Part shown: in pieces, positions 60,044-64,000 of the stretch
Position numbering within the stretch: the stretch's first letter is position 1
How the letters are laid out: each line of letters opens with the position of its first letter
Assembly (NCBI GenBank): GCA_016839555.1
Contig: JAEOUA010000001.1
Span: forward strand, 128,001-192,000
From: Promethearchaeota archaeon
GTDB lineage: Archaea; Asgardarchaeota; Lokiarchaeia; Sigyniarchaeales; SOKP01
Length of the DNA: 64,000 bases
Direction of reading: 5' to 3'
The notes under the pieces: model-generated
The model's input: the letters and a program-made list of their open reading frames with translations, nothing else
Databases searched by the model: none
What the model was told of the DNA's origin: nothing
Made by a program: the position numbers and the translations under genes

Positions 60044-62806
60044 CTAATTCTCTTTTGTTAAATTTAATTCTTCTCTCAATTCCATCAGCTTTTTTTTTGT
60101 TTTTTCATCATCCGGCTTCTTCATTAATCTTTTCTGATAAAATAGGATATTTTCATATTTATATTCTAATTTATTGAATAATTGCACCCATAGATTAAAT
60201 CCCTCCATTAAATCTATTATATCCTCATCCTCAGCGAATATTTTTATATCTTCTCTTATTGCTTCCTTTAAATAAGGAGAAGACCTGAATTTTTTCATGG
60301 ATATACCCTGTTTTTTTATTAATTCTTCATTTACTCTATTAATGAATGCTTCTAGTTCATTCTTCCAATATATATCTCTTTTATTAATTTTGTGAATCGT
60401 ATCTTCAATCCATTTTACTTCTTTAGCCGAGATGGTAGATTTTTTTATTAAAATTTTTTTAATTTTTTGAAATTCAGAATTAAATTTTTCAATATAATTA
60501 TAAACTCGTCTGTTAAACTCGTGAAAACTAGCATTATAATCATTTGCGAAAACTATTTCTTCATTCGTAAAAGTTAATGTTTTTTCATCAAATTGTCCTT
60601 TTAATTTTCCAGCTTCGTAAAGATGATAAAAAATTTCTTTAAGAAGACTAATGTCATTAGGGGATAATTCTTTTTCATAAAAAAAATCATATAAGGAAAA
60701 AATAAATATTTCAGATAACATTATATTTTTTATTCCTCGCTCTGTGTAAAACCGTATTTCATTCTCTACTTCGTAAAAAATCCCCTTTATTTTTTCAGAT
60801 TTTTGTAATTCTTCAATCAACTCTTTCATTAATTTCGAATTTACATCATAGTTGCCTAATGAAATGAAATCTTTAGCGGATGATTCCTTTTTGATAAATT
60901 GTTTTATTTTCTTTTTTGCATTCTCTATTTTTGATGGATTAAAGAGTAACACTTCTCCCTTTTTTAAATATGATACTCCTAAAGAATTAATAAACTCAAA
61001 AAAGGACTCATAATCCATACCTGTTTTTTCCATATATTTTGATATCTTTATTTTATCTTTCTTTTTAATTTCATTGGCTATAGAACTAACTTTTTCATCC
61101 AATTCATTTTTTAATGTATGCTCCTCAATATTTAGTTTAGTAGCTAATTGTTCAATTTTTTGAACTTTTTCTCGTGAGTCTCTCATCTGATCAATTTTTT
61201 CAAGCTCAGATTTTATATATTTTGAATAATAAAATTTATCTTTAGATATATTCCAAATTCCAGTTCTTTCATCTATATATGTAGAGAATATATCTTTTAA
61301 CAATAATTCACTTAGCTGTAATTTTTTTGAGATTTTTTTTATATCAAAATATCCGATAATTTTTGAGTTATGCAGCTCTTGCTCGAATTTAATTTTTCCA
61401 ATATTGGTTAACCAACTAGTACCCTTATGAAATTTCGTTAAATATTCATTTGGCAAAAGTCGTACCAATTTTAAAAAGGATGGTGTTGTTAATTTCCCCC
61501 GATATTTTTTTAAATCAATACTGGCTTCCCTAGTAGCAATCTCGGAAATTTCTTGCTTAATGTTGGGCAAATTATAAAAAATCTCCTTCTTTTTTCCAAC
61601 CAATAAGAGATTTTCTTCATTTTCTACAAGTTCTTTTATACATTTATGAATATACTTTAGGGGAAGATAATTATAATCTTTTATAGATATTGTTCCTTTT
61701 TCCTTCAGATCACCTAATAAGGTCGAATAAATAAATTTAAAAGGATAGAAATAGAAATCTGAAAAATATCCTTGAATATGTCCTAATCTTAATAAGGTTT
61801 CAATAAATAAGGCAATATCTGGAGATTCTAAAACATTCGAAAAAATTTTTAATATTTCTTCATGGGAAATCTTTCTATTTTGTTCAAAAAAATCTAATAC
61901 TTTATCCCTTTCTAACTCATAGAAATATATTTTATTAGTTTTTTGATTATTAGTATAAAAGTAAAGTTCCTTCTCTTTTAAACTTGAATTTTTAAAGTCC
62001 TTTAAATATTCTTTAAAGGTTATATTATTTTCTTTTCTAATTTCAGTAAAATCGTACCTTTTCATAATGAATACATTTTGTAATGTCTCTATTAAATTAT
62101 CCTTTTCTTGCTCCTTATTATTGGTTAAGTGTACTTTTATCTCAGGGAATAGCGTCTGGAGTAGTGAAAGTAAACCTAATTTTAGTTTATCCATTTTGTT
62201 ATTCTCTATTGATTTGAGTATTTGAACTGAATAAGCTCTTATAGAATAAAGCTGTCTAAAATTGTAATTATTGCACTGACTAAGGAAATTAATGATTGAT
62301 AAGATATTATCAGTATTTTCATCTTTAATTTCGATTCCTAGAGCATCTAATAAAGTGTTTTTATTATTACATATTGATCTAGGATTTTTCTTTACCATTC
62401 GATCTAAAAAAAAATAGCAATTGTCTCTTATATCTTTTTTATTGGTTAATAATAATTTAGCAAATATATCATAATAGTTTTGTTTTAAAAGTTTAGGGTG
62501 ATGTAAGAGATAAAATCCTAAAATTATAATTGAATTAACCTTTAATTTAATATTTTCTGAATTTATGAGTGATTCAATTTTCCCAATAAAAGAAGAATTG
62601 AGTATTTCAGGATAAATTTCAATCAATATACTTAAAATATAAGTAATTGGTACCTGCAGATTTTCATTTTTTTCCAAAAGAAGTTGAAACTCCTTTATTT
62701 TTGATGCAAGCTTTCCTTGTTTATCTTTTTCTATATACTTATTTATTTTTTTTACATAGGAAAGTAATTCTGGGAACTCTTGAAAATTTTCAACTTTAAA
62801 AGACAT
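60044..62806 (-). CDS. 920-aa protein: N-terminal HEAT/ARM-like repeats, tandem winged-helix-like modules, helical tail
   Basis: SENIKLKVNSIIILG and KKDIRDNCYFFL (HEAT-like). LLRLGHIQGYF, LQKSEKIKGIF and LYEAGKLKGQFD resemble WH/PCI wings. Confidence 0.65.
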   Translation of the reverse strand: MSFKVENFQEFPELLSYVKKINKYIEKDKQGKLASKIKEFQLLLEKNENLQVPITYILSILIEIYPEILNSSFIGKIESLINSENIKLKVNSIIILGFYLLHHPKLLKQNYYDIFAKLLLTNKKDIRDNCYFFLDRMVKKNPRSICNNKNTLLDALGIEIKDENTDNILSIINFLSQCNNYNFRQLYSIRAYSVQILKSIENNKMDKLKLGLLSLLQTLFPEIKVHLTNNKEQEKDNLIETLQNVFIMKRYDFTEIRKENNITFKEYLKDFKNSSLKEKELYFYTNNQKTNKIYFYELERDKVLDFFEQNRKISHEEILKIFSNVLESPDIALFIETLLRLGHIQGYFSDFYFYPFKFIYSTLLGDLKEKGTISIKDYNYLPLKYIHKCIKELVENEENLLLVGKKKEIFYNLPNIKQEISEIATREASIDLKKYRGKLTTPSFLKLVRLLPNEYLTKFHKGTSWLTNIGKIKFEQELHNSKIIGYFDIKKISKKLQLSELLLKDIFSTYIDERTGIWNISKDKFYYSKYIKSELEKIDQMRDSREKVQKIEQLATKLNIEEHTLKNELDEKVSSIANEIKKKDKIKISKYMEKTGMDYESFFEFINSLGVSYLKKGEVLLFNPSKIENAKKKIKQFIKKESSAKDFISLGNYDVNSKLMKELIEELQKSEKIKGIFYEVENEIRFYTERGIKNIMLSEIFIFSLYDFFYEKELSPNDISLLKEIFYHLYEAGKLKGQFDEKTLTFTNEEIVFANDYNASFHEFNRRVYNYIEKFNSEFQKIKKILIKKSTISAKEVKWIEDTIHKINKRDIYWKNELEAFINRVNEELIKKQGISMKKFRSSPYLKEAIREDIKIFAEDEDIIDLMEGFNLWVQLFNKLEYKYENILFYQKRLMKKPDDEKTKKKLMELREELNLTKEN

Positions 62807-62997
62807 ATTATCTTTAATGATATAACCTTTCTACTATAATTCTTTCTGAGGTTTTACTCTACTTTCAATAATCCTTTTTATAATAAGTTTTTTACGATTT
62901 AATTTTGAAAATTAGAAATTTAATTTAATAAGTTGGATAAATAAGAATTGAAAAAAATAATAATAAAAAAAGAAGGTACTAAAAATTTATTTTTTAT

Positions 62998-63660
62998 TTA
63001 ATCAACTTCATCGGCTTCTACAGATACATATGATAAGAGTGCGTCAAGTTCTTCGACTCTTTTGTTTATATTAAGAACGGTAGGCAATTGGATAACTTCT
63101 TCTCTCTTTCCTGGCATGAGAACTAGCGAACCGGCTCTCAGAAAAAGAAATTCAAATACATCAGGAATAGTCTTCTTAATTCTTAAAGCACTTACGGGAT
63201 AGCGCTCTGCTGAAGCGAAAATACCGGATTTATGGTACATTTCATTTCTCTCGATTTTCCAATAATTAAAGCGAGAATTCACGAATACAAAGAAAAGAGT
63301 AAACGCAAATACAATGCTCATTATTAAGTAAAATTGCCAAGTCAAACCAAAATTAAATGCTTCTACTGTAGACACTTGAATAGTTAATCGACCACTTACC
63401 CATAAGAAAATAACAACTAAGATTGCCACCACGATAATTAAAACTAAAAGGAAAAATTTCGTGGAAGAAAAATCAAATGCGATAACAAATAAATTAATAA
63501 AGAAAACCGATATCCAGAAATAACCTAGAAAAGCATTGGGGCCGTCTGGAAATGCAAATAATTGTATAAGCCATAGAACGAAAGAAGTTAATGCTAAAGG
63601 GTAAAAGAAAATTACCTTTGGGTAGTTCCTTATGATTATTTCTTCTTTAGATTGAGACAT
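62998..63660 (-). CDS. Four-TM membrane protein with soluble C-terminal bPH-like region
   Basis: Four hydrophobic segments, then NYWKIERNEMYHKSGIF...PDVFEFLFLRAGSLVL. Confidence 0.65.
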   Translation of the reverse strand: MSQSKEEIIIRNYPKVIFFYPLALTSFVLWLIQLFAFPDGPNAFLGYFWISVFFINLFVIAFDFSSTKFFLLVLIIVVAILVVIFLWVSGRLTIQVSTVEAFNFGLTWQFYLIMSIVFAFTLFFVFVNSRFNYWKIERNEMYHKSGIFASAERYPVSALRIKKTIPDVFEFLFLRAGSLVLMPGKREEVIQLPTVLNINKRVEELDALLSYVSVEADEVD

Positions 63661-63806
63661 TTTTATTTCACTTTTATGATTATTTTGTAAATTTATTATT
63701 AATATTGGTTAATTATTAATTAATGCTGTTTTTTATTTAAAAATTATTTTCTCTAAAATATTTAGAGGATATCGTAAATTTTTAAGGTAGTCAAAAAGCA
63801 GAATAT

Positions 63807-64000
63807 TTAAAAATAGGAACTTATTGATTTAACCATTCGAGTGGAATATTCTATTTCCCTATTTCCTTCATTACTAATCCCCATATGGCCTGGTAAAAGG
63901 TACTTCACATCTAAGGTATTAACAAATTCGATTGATTTCGTCAATTTTTTAAGAGACCCATCGGGAAAATCATATCTCCCGAAACTTCCACCAATAAAAA
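63807..64000 (-). CDS. 3' end of an MBL-fold (glyoxalase II-like) hydrolase
   Basis: Manual translation: FIGGSFGRYDFPDGSLKKLTKSIEFVNTLDVKYLLPGHMG...SSYF*. Confidence 0.8.
   Translation of the reverse strand, partial: FIGGSFGRYDFPDGSLKKLTKSIEFVNTLDVKYLLPGHMGISNEGNREIEYSTRMVKSISSYF

Overview
This is an AT-rich, gene-dense archaeal window, most likely from an Asgard archaeon of the Lokiarchaeia. The evidence is an actin-family gene, a gelsolin-domain gene, two roadblock genes, an MglA-type GTPase, intron-containing tRNAs, an IPGY-TM C-terminal sorting tail and an archaeal-type mevalonate route. Main blocks: (i) 4-13.7 kb, an isoprenoid cluster with UbiX, UbiD, both aconitase X subunits, IPK, MVK, an extended HMG-CoA synthase and a cis-prenyltransferase; (ii) 21.5-25.2 kb, a YhhN pair, tRNA-Thr and tRNA-Met with introns and atypical T-loops, an RNase Z-like gene and a surface-protein relic; (iii) 28.4-40.1 kb, a co-oriented cluster of gelsolin, roadblock, AbrB-ACT, a coiled-coil protein, a divergent actin, a large helical protein with a catalytically degenerate CHAT/caspase-like domain and a degenerate PLD-fold protein, followed (after an opposite-strand Type IIG-like R-M gene) by an MglA-like GTPase; this is the best candidate for an undescribed system; (iv) gyrB-gyrA with an intein after the catalytic Tyr; (v) housekeeping genes (polyprenyl synthase, guaB, purH), an MNT-HEPN pair and a 920-aa HEAT plus winged-helix-like protein. 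All assignments come from motif recognition by eye; no searches were run.
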